Assembly (NCBI GenBank): GCA_036170915.1
Contig: JAVHQC010000035.1
Span: 192,001-256,000, forward strand
Length of the DNA stretch: 64,000 bases
DNA from: Cyanobacteria bacterium auto_48_18
GTDB taxonomy: Bacteria > Cyanobacteriota > Vampirovibrionia > Obscuribacterales > Obscuribacteraceae
Direction of reading: 5' to 3'
Shown: piece after piece, positions 10,238 through 20,097 of the stretch
How positions within the stretch are numbered: the stretch's first letter is position 1
Layout of the letters: each line of letters begins with the position of its first letter
Position numbers and translations under genes: made by a program
Notes under the pieces: generated by a model
What the model saw: only the letters and a program-made list of their open reading frames with translations
Told to the model about the DNA's origin: nothing
The model's database searches: none

Positions 10238-10891
10238 TTAGTGTTCGAAAATGCCTGACCATCCCAATAAATCGAGTTCACAAATGGCTGGCAAGGCCAC
10301 ATAAAGTTTTTCAGCCAGAGCCAGGCGATCTTCTCTTTTTAGAAGCGCCAGCACTTTTGTATAAAGCGGTAAAAGCATGCGCACATCGTTGGCGGCATAT
10401 TCGATTTGTTCGTCGGTAAGATCAAGCTGCGCCCAGTCACTGGTTTGATTAGACTTATCGAGCTCCACCCCGAGCAATTCATGAACAAGATCTTTTAAGC
10501 CATGCTTATCTGTATAGGTGCGCACCAGCTTCGAACCAATTTTTGTGCAGAAAATGGGAGCAACATTGATACCTAGATAATATTTGAGCACCGCCACGTC
10601 AAAGCGGGCGAAGTGGAAAAGCTTGAGCACATTTGGCGCTTCACACAGTTTCTTCACATTCGACATGGTGTCGGTCTTTAAATCATCAAGACTTTTGTAG
10701 CGGACAAAGCTGACAACACCTTCGTCATCACAAATTTGGATCAGACAAAGGCGATCGCGCCGTACAATCAAACCCCTGGTCTCGGTATCGATAGCTACCA
10801 CTGACTTTTTCAAATAGTGCTGCAAACGCTCGTCGGGTATGTCGTTTTCAAACAGTTCGGCTTTACGATGCTTGACCAGTTCAGACTTCAC
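10238..10891 (-). CDS. RNase D-like 3'-5' exonuclease (DEDDy)
   Basis: Motifs AIDTET, FHFARFD, SDW...YAANDV. Confidence 0.9.
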   Translation of the reverse strand: MKSELVKHRKAELFENDIPDERLQHYLKKSVVAIDTETRGLIVRRDRLCLIQICDDEGVVSFVRYKSLDDLKTDTMSNVKKLCEAPNVLKLFHFARFDVAVLKYYLGINVAPIFCTKIGSKLVRTYTDKHGLKDLVHELLGVELDKSNQTSDWAQLDLTDEQIEYAANDVRMLLPLYTKVLALLKREDRLALAEKLYVALPAICELDLLGWSGIFEH

Positions 10892-10983
10892 AGAATCACC
10901 AGGGCAAATTTGTACAACGCAATAAATTATAGACTCAAGAGAGAGTCAATTCCTTAGATATTGCGCTTCTAATGATTGGCAAG

Positions 10984-12315
10984 TCATTGGCAAGCATCAT
11001 CTAGAGCTTCAGCCAGATGCTTAACCTTGACATTGAGACCGCGCGCCTTGACCCCTGCTTCAAGCTGCAGCATGCAACCAGGATTGCAGGTGACAACCAG
11101 GTCGGCACCAGATTCTTCTATAAACTTCATCTTGCGATCAAGCACTTTTAAACTCAATGAAGTATTGAGCAAATTGTAGATGCCGGCACTGCCACAGCAA
11201 TGCTCAGCTTCGGGTAAATCATATAAATGAGCGCCGATGCCCGCCGCAAGCGCACTGAGTAGTGCTTGAGGCTCGGCGCGCACGCCCTGGGCGTGAGCTA
11301 AATGGCAAGCGGCATGGTAAACAATATGCGCTTTGGTCTGAGTTTCAGGGCCGGCTGCCGATGGGCAGCTCATAGTATCTGCAGGGAAATCACCGGCAGC
11401 CAGAGTTTGCGAGAGGTCTTGCACACGAGAGGCAAATTTAGAGGCACGGTCGGCCCACTGTGGCTCATTGGCCAGCAGCACCGGATAATGCTTGAGCATG
11501 GCACCACAACCAGCTGAAGTGACCACAATTTTGTCATTGTCAACAGCGCCCTCGAACAGATCAATGTTGCGCCGCGCCAGCACTCTGGCAATATCATCCT
11601 CGCCGGCATGGTAAGCCAGCGCACCACAGCAGGTCTGCTCAGGCACCTCCACAATATTGCCTTGACGCACCAAAAGTCGCAAAGCCGCGTGGTTGACATG
11701 ATTATAAAAAACATCCATAACGCAGCCGCTGAATAATTTTGCCGCACCGCTTTTGGTGCCTGCACGCCATGATTTTTTAGGTAGCGGAATATGCTTCGGC
11801 ACCACCGGCGTGAACATTTGAAAATCAGCAAGTTTACGCAAAATAGCAAGTTTACTGGTGCTAAATTTTGCGGCCAGAGAGTCAAGCTTAAGCTGTTGCA
11901 CTGTGCGCAGCATTGACCCGAAAATTTTCAAGCGACCGTAGTGCGGCAAAATCTGAGAAAATGAAAATCGCAAGATTGTGCGCAATAGCCCGTTGCGACG
12001 AGCTGCCAGATGAGGCCGAGCCCCGTCGAGAATAGCTTCATAGTTAACGCCTGATGGACACGCTGTTTGACAGCCCAGGCAGCCAAGGCAAGATTCAAGA
12101 TGTTCAGCTGCTCGTGGTGCCAGCTCTCCGCCAAGCTCTTGCCATTTGGCCAGCAAATAAATACGACCTCGAGGTGACTCCATTTCTCTACCCGTAGCCA
12201 GGTAGGTCGGACAAGCCGGTAAACAGAGGCCACAGTGAATGCAGCTGTCGAGCAACTCTTGGCTGAGCGCAGCCTCACCGGCGCCAATCTTAATAACGCT
12301 ATCGTTGCTAGACAA
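10984..12315 (-). CDS. glcF: Glycolate oxidase Fe-S subunit (GlcF-like)
   Basis: Two 4Fe-4S motifs (CIHCGLCLPACP, CLGCLGCQTACPSGV) and two CCG domains. Confidence 0.88.
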   Translation of the reverse strand: MSSNDSVIKIGAGEAALSQELLDSCIHCGLCLPACPTYLATGREMESPRGRIYLLAKWQELGGELAPRAAEHLESCLGCLGCQTACPSGVNYEAILDGARPHLAARRNGLLRTILRFSFSQILPHYGRLKIFGSMLRTVQQLKLDSLAAKFSTSKLAILRKLADFQMFTPVVPKHIPLPKKSWRAGTKSGAAKLFSGCVMDVFYNHVNHAALRLLVRQGNIVEVPEQTCCGALAYHAGEDDIARVLARRNIDLFEGAVDNDKIVVTSAGCGAMLKHYPVLLANEPQWADRASKFASRVQDLSQTLAAGDFPADTMSCPSAAGPETQTKAHIVYHAACHLAHAQGVRAEPQALLSALAAGIGAHLYDLPEAEHCCGSAGIYNLLNTSLSLKVLDRKMKFIEESGADLVVTCNPGCMLQLEAGVKARGLNVKVKHLAEALDDACQ

Positions 12316-13618
12316 AGGTCACCTGCGGGCTGAGCGCCGCAGCCGGGTCAAATTTTTCTTTTAAACGCCCAAGCAATAGTTCTAGAGCCGGTTGCGCCTC
12401 ACGCAGGCGCCTTGAACTAAACCGGTAAGGACCACGCTGGGCTGCCACCACCAGTGATTCCCAGTCAGCCAGTGCACTGCCATCATTTCTTTCGCGACAT
12501 TGATTTAAAATTGTCGATATTAGAGCCAGGTCGCGATCTACGCCAGAGTCGCTGTCGCTGTGCAAATAAAGCCTGCCAGAAGACGGCCTGATGCGCAGCA
12601 GGCCACGATCTTTAATAGAAATCAACCTATCGAGAATGCCACGAATGAGCGCAAGCGAGGCAGCCACTTCAACACCAAATATAGTGCTGCCAAAGTTAGT
12701 GGTTAGTGCAGCGCGTGCATGATCTTCATCAACCCCCAGCCACTTTAAAGTCGCCAGCGCCGCCTCTACCTGAATCGATACATCGCCCACTAGCTCTGCC
12801 GGCCCGCTAATTTGAATGTATAGTTGATAGCTGCGACCGCCGCTACCATTAGCTTCAATAATTTCCAAAGCCGATAGTGGCAAGCCTGTTGCCAGAAGTC
12901 GCGCACAAAGTGCGAGTAATTCGGCTGAATGCATAGAGGTTACACAAAAATTGACTGTCTTTTCAGGAATGGCATAAAGACGCAAATAGGCCAAATATGG
13001 AAAGGCCAGTGAGCCCTGGGAGCCAATAATCAATTTGCCTACATCAAAACCAGTGACGTTCTTAAGCACGCGGCCACCAGTTTTTAAAATTTCGCCTTGA
13101 CCACAAACAGATTCAAGGCCAAGAACTTGACTGCGCAAAAAACCATAACCATTTTCGAGATAGCCGCCATCACCACGTAAAATCAGCTCGCACAATGTGA
13201 GCGAGTCTGAAGCAAATGTATCAACCGGAAAGAATTGACCTTGCGAGGCCAGCTGATTATTAAGCGCCTTGACAGTTAGGCCGGTCTGACAGGCAATTAC
13301 CAGATCACTAGCAACATGTTCACGGGTGCCGGTCAATGCCGAAAAATCGATGAAGATATGATCGCGGTCTATGACTGTGTCTGCATTAGAATGGTCTGCA
13401 TTAGAATGGTCTGTATCAAAATAATCAGAGTTAAAAGCTCCTGCATAGAAAGCGCATTTGGGACCATACTGGCTCTTAAGGAGCAATCGCAGTTGCTCTT
13501 CAGAAGTGGGTCTGACTTCGTACCAGATCATTTCTTCGGCGGCTGCCGAACCGAGCTTATGCACTCCGTTTCTTTCAACGGAGCAAACTTTGCTCAATGC
13601 AAATGTATCGGTAGGCAT
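12308..13618 (-). CDS. glcE: FAD-binding oxidoreductase (GlcE-like)
   Basis: GGRVLKNVTGFDVGKLIIGSQGSL and C-terminal LKEKFDP; overlaps the glcF start. Confidence 0.75.
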   Translation of the reverse strand: MPTDTFALSKVCSVERNGVHKLGSAAAEEMIWYEVRPTSEEQLRLLLKSQYGPKCAFYAGAFNSDYFDTDHSNADHSNADTVIDRDHIFIDFSALTGTREHVASDLVIACQTGLTVKALNNQLASQGQFFPVDTFASDSLTLCELILRGDGGYLENGYGFLRSQVLGLESVCGQGEILKTGGRVLKNVTGFDVGKLIIGSQGSLAFPYLAYLRLYAIPEKTVNFCVTSMHSAELLALCARLLATGLPLSALEIIEANGSGGRSYQLYIQISGPAELVGDVSIQVEAALATLKWLGVDEDHARAALTTNFGSTIFGVEVAASLALIRGILDRLISIKDRGLLRIRPSSGRLYLHSDSDSGVDRDLALISTILNQCRERNDGSALADWESLVVAAQRGPYRFSSRRLREAQPALELLLGRLKEKFDPAAALSPQVTFV

Positions 13619-13774
13619 CTAATGAATCTTAGTGCACAAACGGCAATTAGCACAATATAGCCAAAGCATATGTCGGCAAACTGCTAAAATTCACATGTTC
13701 AATTGAAGTCAATTAGCAACTAAACAAATCAACAATCCAACAAATCAGCAAATCAACAAATCAACAAATTACCT

Positions 13775-14899
13775 ATGGCCCGCAACTTAATTTTGATCTC
13801 AGGTTACTACGGTTTCGATAATCTGGGCGATGAAGCCATTCTCGAACAACTCATCTGCGAAGTGCGCAGCGTCACCGGTAATACTGATGAAATAGTTGTG
13901 CTCTCCAATGATCCTCAGGCCACCAGCAGCACTTTCGGCGTGCGCAGTGTTGACCGTTGGAAAGTACTCGCTTTGCCTCCGCTGATGACCCAAACACGGC
14001 TGTTTATAAGCGGAGGCGGCGGGCTCTTTCAAGCTACGGAATCAATTAAATCGATTATTTATTACGGCAGTCTGATTGCCGTAGCCCGCATGCTCGGCGC
14101 CGATACTCTGATTTATGCCCAGGGTCTCGGCCCTCTGAAAACTAAATTGAGTCAGAATCTGACCAAACAAGCTTTGGGTTTTGCACAATATATGACTGTG
14201 AGAGACGATAGCTCTCAGTCGCTGCTCGAGTCGTGGCAGCTGCAATCACAGCGCACCGCTGACCCTGTCTGGGCCCTCAAGGCTTCACCACTGCCGCCTG
14301 CTGTGCAACAAGCTCTCGACCAGGCGCGCACAGGCCCAGTGGAGCAATTGGTTGGTCTATCACTGAGGACCGGAGGAGGATTCAGCCAGACCCATTTGCA
14401 AAAACTTGTGGAAGCCCTTAATCAATCATTGAGCAAAAACACGGCTATCGTGCTTTTGCCCTTGCAAAACGAGCAAGACAAACCGATTTTGGCCGACTTT
14501 GCTCAAATGTGGCAAAAGTGCGGCCGCGGCTCAGTGGAACTGCCCCTTGAATTAATGACATTGCCCAGTCAGTGGTTATCACTGATGAGCTGCTTAGATT
14601 TTGTCGTGGGTATGCGTTTGCATTCGCTAATTATGGCTCTGGCCAGCGGCAAAGCGGTAATTGGCATTGCTTATGATGCAAAAGTCGAGACTGTTTTGAA
14701 ACAATTCGAGCAAACAAATTTGGCTTTTACTAGAGATAGTGAAAAGGCAGAAGAATGCAGTCAGTGGGCGGAAAAAGTAGCTAATGTGGTAACCAACCAA
14801 CAAAAGTTTGCTGCCATTGCCGCAAAGATGGCCGCTCAAAGCCGCGAACTTGCTTGCCAGAACGGTGCCCTTATCGCTAAAATTTTAGCTAGTAAATAG
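13775..14899 (+). CDS. csaB: Polysaccharide pyruvyl transferase CsaB
   Basis: Motifs SGYYGFDNLGDEA, SGGGGLFQ, AQGLGP, TVRD, ADPV, GMRLHSLI. Confidence 0.9.
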   Translation: MARNLILISGYYGFDNLGDEAILEQLICEVRSVTGNTDEIVVLSNDPQATSSTFGVRSVDRWKVLALPPLMTQTRLFISGGGGLFQATESIKSIIYYGSLIAVARMLGADTLIYAQGLGPLKTKLSQNLTKQALGFAQYMTVRDDSSQSLLESWQLQSQRTADPVWALKASPLPPAVQQALDQARTGPVEQLVGLSLRTGGGFSQTHLQKLVEALNQSLSKNTAIVLLPLQNEQDKPILADFAQMWQKCGRGSVELPLELMTLPSQWLSLMSCLDFVVGMRLHSLIMALASGKAVIGIAYDAKVETVLKQFEQTNLAFTRDSEKAEECSQWAEKVANVVTNQQKFAAIAAKMAAQSRELACQNGALIAKILASK

Positions 14900-14976
14900 A
14901 CGCTAATTAACTACTAATTTTAACGGCTAATTGCAATGCCACTGTCTGTGATACTAAACTAACTTGTGAATCTAAT

Positions 14977-15756
14977 ATGATATCGAACACTTCAGTTGCC
15001 GAAAATCGCGAACATGTGCTGAGCTATCCGGTGGATCTGCTGAGCGAGAGTGAGGCAGTGGCAAAAATAGAGCAGGCCTGGAAGTCTAATCAAGCTCTAC
15101 ATGTGGTGACGCTGAATGCCGAGATGGTGGTGGCATCACAGAGAGACGAGCAGCTCGACCGCATCATTCGCCGCGCTCAACTGGTAGTTCCTGATGGGGC
15201 CGGTGTAGTCTGGGCCATTAAACTGGCTGATGCAAAAAATGCTTCGGTGAAGCGTTTGCCCGGCATTGAACTCGCAGCAGGTTCACTAGCCGCTGCTGCG
15301 CGGCTTGGGCAGCCTGTGGCCTTAATCGGCGGGCGCAAAGAAGTAATGGACAAGCTGGTGGAAGAGCTGCCGAGAGTGCATCAAGGCCTAAAGATTGTGG
15401 CCTTTGCCAACGGTTTTTATAACAAAGAAAAAGAAACAGAGATGGTCGAGCAAATTGCAGCGGCACAGCCCAAGCTGGTTCTGGTAGCCCTTGGTGTGCC
15501 AAGACAAGAATATTTTATCGAGCGCTTTAGCAGCCATTTCCCTCAGGCAGTGATGATTGGAGTGGGCGGCAGTTTTGATGTCTGGACAGGTTTTGTTAAA
15601 CGCGCGCCGGAGACCTTTCAAAAATTCCACTGTGAATGGCTGTACAGGCTGATAAAAGAGCCATGGCGTTTCGGTCGCATGGCACAGTCTCTGCCAAATT
15701 TCGCACTGCAGGCCGCAGCTGAAATTGTGGCTAAGCGCACTGGTCAAAAAAAATAA
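14977..15756 (+). CDS. WecB/TagA/CpsF family glycosyltransferase (GT26)
   Basis: Motifs TLNAE, PDGAGVVWA, GIEL, LGVPRQE, GVGGSFD, KRAP, EWLYRL. Confidence 0.93.
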   Translation: MISNTSVAENREHVLSYPVDLLSESEAVAKIEQAWKSNQALHVVTLNAEMVVASQRDEQLDRIIRRAQLVVPDGAGVVWAIKLADAKNASVKRLPGIELAAGSLAAAARLGQPVALIGGRKEVMDKLVEELPRVHQGLKIVAFANGFYNKEKETEMVEQIAAAQPKLVLVALGVPRQEYFIERFSSHFPQAVMIGVGGSFDVWTGFVKRAPETFQKFHCEWLYRLIKEPWRFGRMAQSLPNFALQAAAEIVAKRTGQKK

Positions 15757-15757
15757 C

Positions 15758-16189
15758 ATGCTTTTTGGCAAGACTTTTCACCAGTCAGTAACGCCAGAAG
15801 AGCGTCTTCGCCTGGTGAAAGATATTCCATTGCGTAATCTCGCTCACCTTGGTGACGCCGTCTTTGAGTTATTTGAAAGAGAGCGAGAAGTAATCGCCGC
15901 CGCCACTGTGCGCAAGTTGCACAATCAAGTAGTCTCAAGAGTCAATTCGAAAGAGCAAGCAAGGCTTTTAGAATTGCTAAAGCCTGCTCTAACAGAAGAC
16001 GAGCTCGACATGGTCAGACGGGCTCGCAATTTAAAACCAGGCGGCTTCAGACGCAATGTTGAACAATCTATATTGCGCCAGGCCACTGCCTTTGAAGCGC
16101 TGATTGGCTATCGATTTCTAACTGACGAAGATAGATTGCAAGAGCTACTAGCTTTGACCGATGTCTCAGAAAACCAAATCGAAAGCTAA
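15758..16189 (+). CDS. mrnC: Mini-ribonuclease III
   Basis: Motifs LAHLGDAVFEL, RRARN, ATAFEALIGY; no dsRBD. ATG at 15758 directly after the upstream stop is preferred. Confidence 0.85.
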   Translation: MLFGKTFHQSVTPEERLRLVKDIPLRNLAHLGDAVFELFEREREVIAAATVRKLHNQVVSRVNSKEQARLLELLKPALTEDELDMVRRARNLKPGGFRRNVEQSILRQATAFEALIGYRFLTDEDRLQELLALTDVSENQIES

Positions 16190-16304
16190 AGGCGAAGTTA
16201 AAAAGCCTCTAAAGTGAGCAATTAATGCGTTAAACCTTAAGGATAGGTTGTAATGCCAAACAGCCTCTATATCTGATGCTAAGTTAGATTTCAGGAAGTA
16301 CTGA

Positions 16305-16336
16305 CTAAAAGCTACCGACCTCTAAAAGCTACCGAC
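16305..16336 (+). repeat. Direct repeat CTAAAAGCTACCGAC x2 (period 17) upstream of the kinase gene
   Basis: Exact copies at 16305-16319 and 16322-16336. Confidence 0.85.
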
Positions 16337-16359
16337 ATAGAAACAGCGAAACATTTGCC

Positions 16360-17478
16360 GTGTCACTCCAGACTGAAGAAATTTACCGCACACTATTACA
16401 AAATTCGGCTGATGCTGTTGTAGTAACCGACAACGACGGTTTAATTACCAGCACTAATCCTTCTTTTGCCAAACTGGTAGGCGACGAAACCACGAGCATC
16501 ATCGGCAGCCAAATAACTTCCTTTGTGGACTGGCACAGCCACGATGAAGCCGACGCTCGACTTGGACACACGCCTGACAAAAAAGAAGATGAGCACGGCA
16601 ATGATGAACCGAAACCAATAACGGTGCTCACCAGATCAGGTGCCGAATTTATAATGCCGGCCTCTCGCTTTCCCCTTAAAGACGAAAAATCAGGCTCTGC
16701 CTGGGGCTTTTTAACGATCATTTATGTCATTCAAGCGAATTCACTACAACAAGCACAAACCGAATTTGTCAGCACAGTCAGTCATGAATTGCGCACACCA
16801 CTGACCAGCATCAAGGGTTTTGCAGACACTATTTTGCGCGCCGGCGATCGTTTAGATGTGGCTCAGCAGCGCCGCTATGTAGGCATCATTAAAGATCAAG
16901 CCGATCGCCTGACACGATTGGTGGAAGATATCCTGGCGGTCTCAAGGCTCGAATCAAAAAAATTGCAACTGACTATTCGCGCGATTGATCCGCTCGAAGC
17001 TATCGAAAGAGTGCAACAAAATCTTACCGACAAAGCTAAAAACCACAAAGTGGTAGTCAATGTTGCCCCCAGCCTGACACCAGTATGGGCCGACGCAGAC
17101 AGACTAGAGCAGATACTGACCAATCTTATAGACAATGCCATCAAATATTCACCAGCTGGAACAACAGTAACCATAACTGCCAAGGGCCTGGAAAAAGCCA
17201 CCGCCAGTGATGCCGAAATGGTTGAATTTGCCATCAGCGACGAAGGCGTGGGTATTCCTGAAGAGCACCTACCCCAGGTATTTTCCAAGTTCGGCAGGTT
17301 AGATAATCCGCTAGTGCGGCAGACTGAAGGCACAGGCCTTGGTCTCTACATCACACGCTCGCTGTGCCTCGCCCTTGGTGGTCAAATCTCAGTTTCCAGT
17401 CAGCCGGGCAACACCACATTCACTGTCAAACTGCCTGCTGCTACGCTCGAACTACAAGCGGCTAGAGGGAGGGATTAA
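16360..17478 (+). CDS. Cytoplasmic PAS-domain sensor histidine kinase
   Basis: N-terminal PAS-like region; VSHELRTPL, NLIDNAIKY, DEGVGI, GTGLGL. Confidence 0.93.
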   Translation: MSLQTEEIYRTLLQNSADAVVVTDNDGLITSTNPSFAKLVGDETTSIIGSQITSFVDWHSHDEADARLGHTPDKKEDEHGNDEPKPITVLTRSGAEFIMPASRFPLKDEKSGSAWGFLTIIYVIQANSLQQAQTEFVSTVSHELRTPLTSIKGFADTILRAGDRLDVAQQRRYVGIIKDQADRLTRLVEDILAVSRLESKKLQLTIRAIDPLEAIERVQQNLTDKAKNHKVVVNVAPSLTPVWADADRLEQILTNLIDNAIKYSPAGTTVTITAKGLEKATASDAEMVEFAISDEGVGIPEEHLPQVFSKFGRLDNPLVRQTEGTGLGLYITRSLCLALGGQISVSSQPGNTTFTVKLPAATLELQAARGRD

Positions 17479-18836
17479 TGCTCCTACCCACGCCAGTCAT
17501 TTTAATTATCAACCAGGCCAGACAAGCAGCTGAATTTTCTTCCGTATTGGAAAAAACCGGCAGCAAGGTACACGCAGTAACTTCTTTTGAAGAAGCAAAT
17601 GAATTGCTTTCTTTTCTGCACCCAGACATTATCATTCTGCCGAATCAGCTTGAGGGCGTGAGCACAGGTGATGGCAGGCTCTACTGCCAGCAAATCAGAG
17701 CAACGCTGGCGCCACCACGGCCGGTGCTTGTCTTGCTGCATCCATCAACTGATGTAACAGAGCGCATTAACGCTTTTCGCTATGGTGCTGATGACGTGCT
17801 TGGCGATCCAATCGATAAAAACGAGCTGGCCATACGTGTTTTGGCCCACTTGCGCAGGCGCCAGGAAGAATTTTCCAACCCCCTGACTCAGCTGCCTGGC
17901 CCTAACTTAATTAGACGCATGCTCGAGCAATGTCTCTATTCTGATAAAACCTGGTCGGTGATGTCTATCGACTTAAATAAAATTCGAGTCTATAACGAGA
18001 CTTACGGAGACCTGGCCGGCGATCAGCTAATTAAGGCTCTGGCAGCCATTCTCCTTGATGTGGCTGACGAAACAGAATTTGTCGGCCACCTGGAAGCCGA
18101 TGACTTCATTATGGTAACCAGACCAGAAGTAGCTGAGCGAAAAGCAGAGCTTATATGCCAGCAATTCGACAGTGTCAGCTCGCGCTTTTACCCCAAAGGA
18201 GATATTGCTCGCGGCTATTTGATCTCTACTGGTCGGGGCGGAATTCGGCGGCGTGTACCATTGATCTCAATTGCAGTTGGTATCGTCAGTAATACCGTGA
18301 GAAAATTCCAGTCTTACATCGATGTGCTCACCAACGCCCGCGACCACCGCAATGTGGCCAAGCAAAAACAGGGTTCTTTCTGGGTCTCTGATAACAATCT
18401 GGAAGAAGAATTGCAAGAGACAAGTGCCAATAACGGCCAACATTCTGCGCCCACCGTCATTGATCGCACCTCGCGTATTCTGGTGGTAGAACCTGATGGT
18501 GCCATGGCCTGCTTACTGCAAGAAACTCTAGCCTTAGAAGGATACTGTGTGCAGGTGACCAGCTCTGCTGATGACGCCTTAGAACTAGCGCGCTTCGAGC
18601 CGCCAGACCTAATTTTGCTGGAATCAAATTTGATTGACCGAAAAATGGACGGTTGGAATCTTTGCCGTGCTCTAAAGGCTGATATGGTGCTTTCCAAAAT
18701 CTGGATCGTAATGGCAACTTCTCACCCGGATCAGCTGCTGGCTCTGGAAGCCGGTGCCGACCTTTATTTGCCAAAACCTTTTGATATTCCCAATCTGCTC
18801 AGTGAAGTGAGTTTGTTGCTGCGCTCTCGCGTCTAA
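17478..18836 (+). CDS. REC-GGDEF-REC protein with degenerate motifs
   Basis: TAATG coupling to the kinase; REC-like GADD, GGDEF-like YNETYG..AGD...HLEADDF, C-terminal REC GADLYLPKPF. Confidence 0.82.
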   Translation: MLLPTPVILIINQARQAAEFSSVLEKTGSKVHAVTSFEEANELLSFLHPDIIILPNQLEGVSTGDGRLYCQQIRATLAPPRPVLVLLHPSTDVTERINAFRYGADDVLGDPIDKNELAIRVLAHLRRRQEEFSNPLTQLPGPNLIRRMLEQCLYSDKTWSVMSIDLNKIRVYNETYGDLAGDQLIKALAAILLDVADETEFVGHLEADDFIMVTRPEVAERKAELICQQFDSVSSRFYPKGDIARGYLISTGRGGIRRRVPLISIAVGIVSNTVRKFQSYIDVLTNARDHRNVAKQKQGSFWVSDNNLEEELQETSANNGQHSAPTVIDRTSRILVVEPDGAMACLLQETLALEGYCVQVTSSADDALELARFEPPDLILLESNLIDRKMDGWNLCRALKADMVLSKIWIVMATSHPDQLLALEAGADLYLPKPFDIPNLLSEVSLLLRSRV

Positions 18837-19453
18837 ACTTCACTGTCTGCCAGACTTACTTCTTTTATAGATTGCAAAATCCATTCTGCCGCTTGCACGA
18901 TAGAAGCCGCCTGATAATCGGGTTTGACCGGCCATTGATAGGCCCCCGATTGAACGTCTTTGCCATAACCAGTTTCTACCAGTACTCCCTTAATCTTGCA
19001 ATTGGCGGCCAGCTCTACGTCAGTGGCCTTGTCGCCCACCATAAAAGCAAGGTTGCGACTGAGAGCAGGCATATCTTTGTAAGCCCTCTCTACAAGACCA
19101 GGGCCAGGTTTGCGGCAATCACAGGCAATGTTGTAAGGCGGCACTGAACCACCTTCTTCAGGTGACAAATGGGGACAATAGTAAATGGCATCAAGATGAG
19201 CACCATGACCTTTCAGGAGCTTTGTCAGGCGCTCGTGCAAGCCATTGATATGGTCTTCAGCATAGTAACCACGTGCCGCACCAGTTTGATTGGTGACAAG
19301 CACGCAAGCCACCCCTGCATTATTGAGTTTGGCTATGGCTTCGCCGGCACCATCGATTAGATTGAGATTATCAAGCTCGCGAATGTAACCGGCTTCTATA
19401 TTGAGAGTGCCGTCGCGGTCAAGAAACACCACCGGCTGAAAATCGCTAGACAT
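18833..19453 (-). CDS. gmhB: HAD-IIIA hydrolase, GmhB-like heptose bisphosphate phosphatase
   Basis: Motifs FLDRDGTLN, VTNQ, CPH...CDCRKP, MVGDK. Confidence 0.85.
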   Translation of the reverse strand: MSSDFQPVVFLDRDGTLNIEAGYIRELDNLNLIDGAGEAIAKLNNAGVACVLVTNQTGAARGYYAEDHINGLHERLTKLLKGHGAHLDAIYYCPHLSPEEGGSVPPYNIACDCRKPGPGLVERAYKDMPALSRNLAFMVGDKATDVELAANCKIKGVLVETGYGKDVQSGAYQWPVKPDYQAASIVQAAEWILQSIKEVSLADSEV

Positions 19454-19611
19454 ATGGCAAAACCCACTGGCAGGGAGAGGGATCGGTTCGGTTCAGTTCA
19501 ATTCAATTCAGCTCAGTTCCGGTCCGTAAATCTATTACTATTTTAAGTCGCTGGACCGAGGTAGATGGATATGTTACGATGGCGAGTAGTTTCTTTACCA
19601 TTTGAAATCAT

Positions 19612-20013
19612 ATGCGATTAAACGACGAAAACGCTTCTTTTCGATTTAACCAGAAGGGCCTGCGCAAGTTCTTAGGCGATTTGGAATGCGAAATAATGGA
19701 GCTGGTCTGGAAGTTAGCCAACCCCACAGTCACTGTCAGAGACGTCTTCGACGCTCTGCGACATGAGCGCGAAATCGCTTACACCACTGTGATGACCACC
19801 ATGGTGCGCTTGTCGGAAAAAGGTCTACTCAAAATTGTGGATAAAATCGGCCTGGCCAATTGCTACATGCCTGAATATGATCGCGAAGAATTTTTATCGA
19901 CTGCAGTCAAACTAGTGCTGGATATTTTCACCAGTCAGTTTCCTCGTGAGTCAGCTGAGTTTATGGAAGTCTATCAAGCGAAACTGGCTAAGAAAGCTCA
20001 ACGTAAACGCTAA
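19612..20013 (+). CDS. BlaI/MecI/CopY family transcriptional regulator
   Basis: LGDLECEIMELVW, TVRDV, AYTTVMTTMVRLSEKG. Confidence 0.9.
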   Translation: MRLNDENASFRFNQKGLRKFLGDLECEIMELVWKLANPTVTVRDVFDALRHEREIAYTTVMTTMVRLSEKGLLKIVDKIGLANCYMPEYDREEFLSTAVKLVLDIFTSQFPRESAEFMEVYQAKLAKKAQRKR

Positions 20014-20046
20014 GACAATAAATTGGCACCTCTTTCAAATTAAGGC

Positions 20047-20082
20047 GTTGGCACTACTGGTAGTGTCAACTATTTGTTTTTC
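20047..20082 (+). terminator. Probable intrinsic terminator
   Basis: Inverted repeat gttggcactac-tg-gtagtgtcaac followed by a T-rich tract, between convergent genes. Confidence 0.55.
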
Positions 20083-20097
20083 TCTAACTTATGTTTG

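Noticed and set aside
10751..10758. HIP1 octamer GCGATCGC (also at 33844-33851)
   Set aside because: Only about two copies noticed in 64 kb, close to chance expectation; no cyanobacteria-like enrichment.
8735..13618. gcvPB without gcvPA and glcEF without glcD as possible broken operons
   Set aside because: The ORFs are intact, and dispersed operons are common in this phylum; the partners are probably elsewhere in the genome.
13722..13770. Short repeat arrays as a possible CRISPR
   Set aside because: Units of 5-25 bp without unique spacers, and no cas genes in the window.
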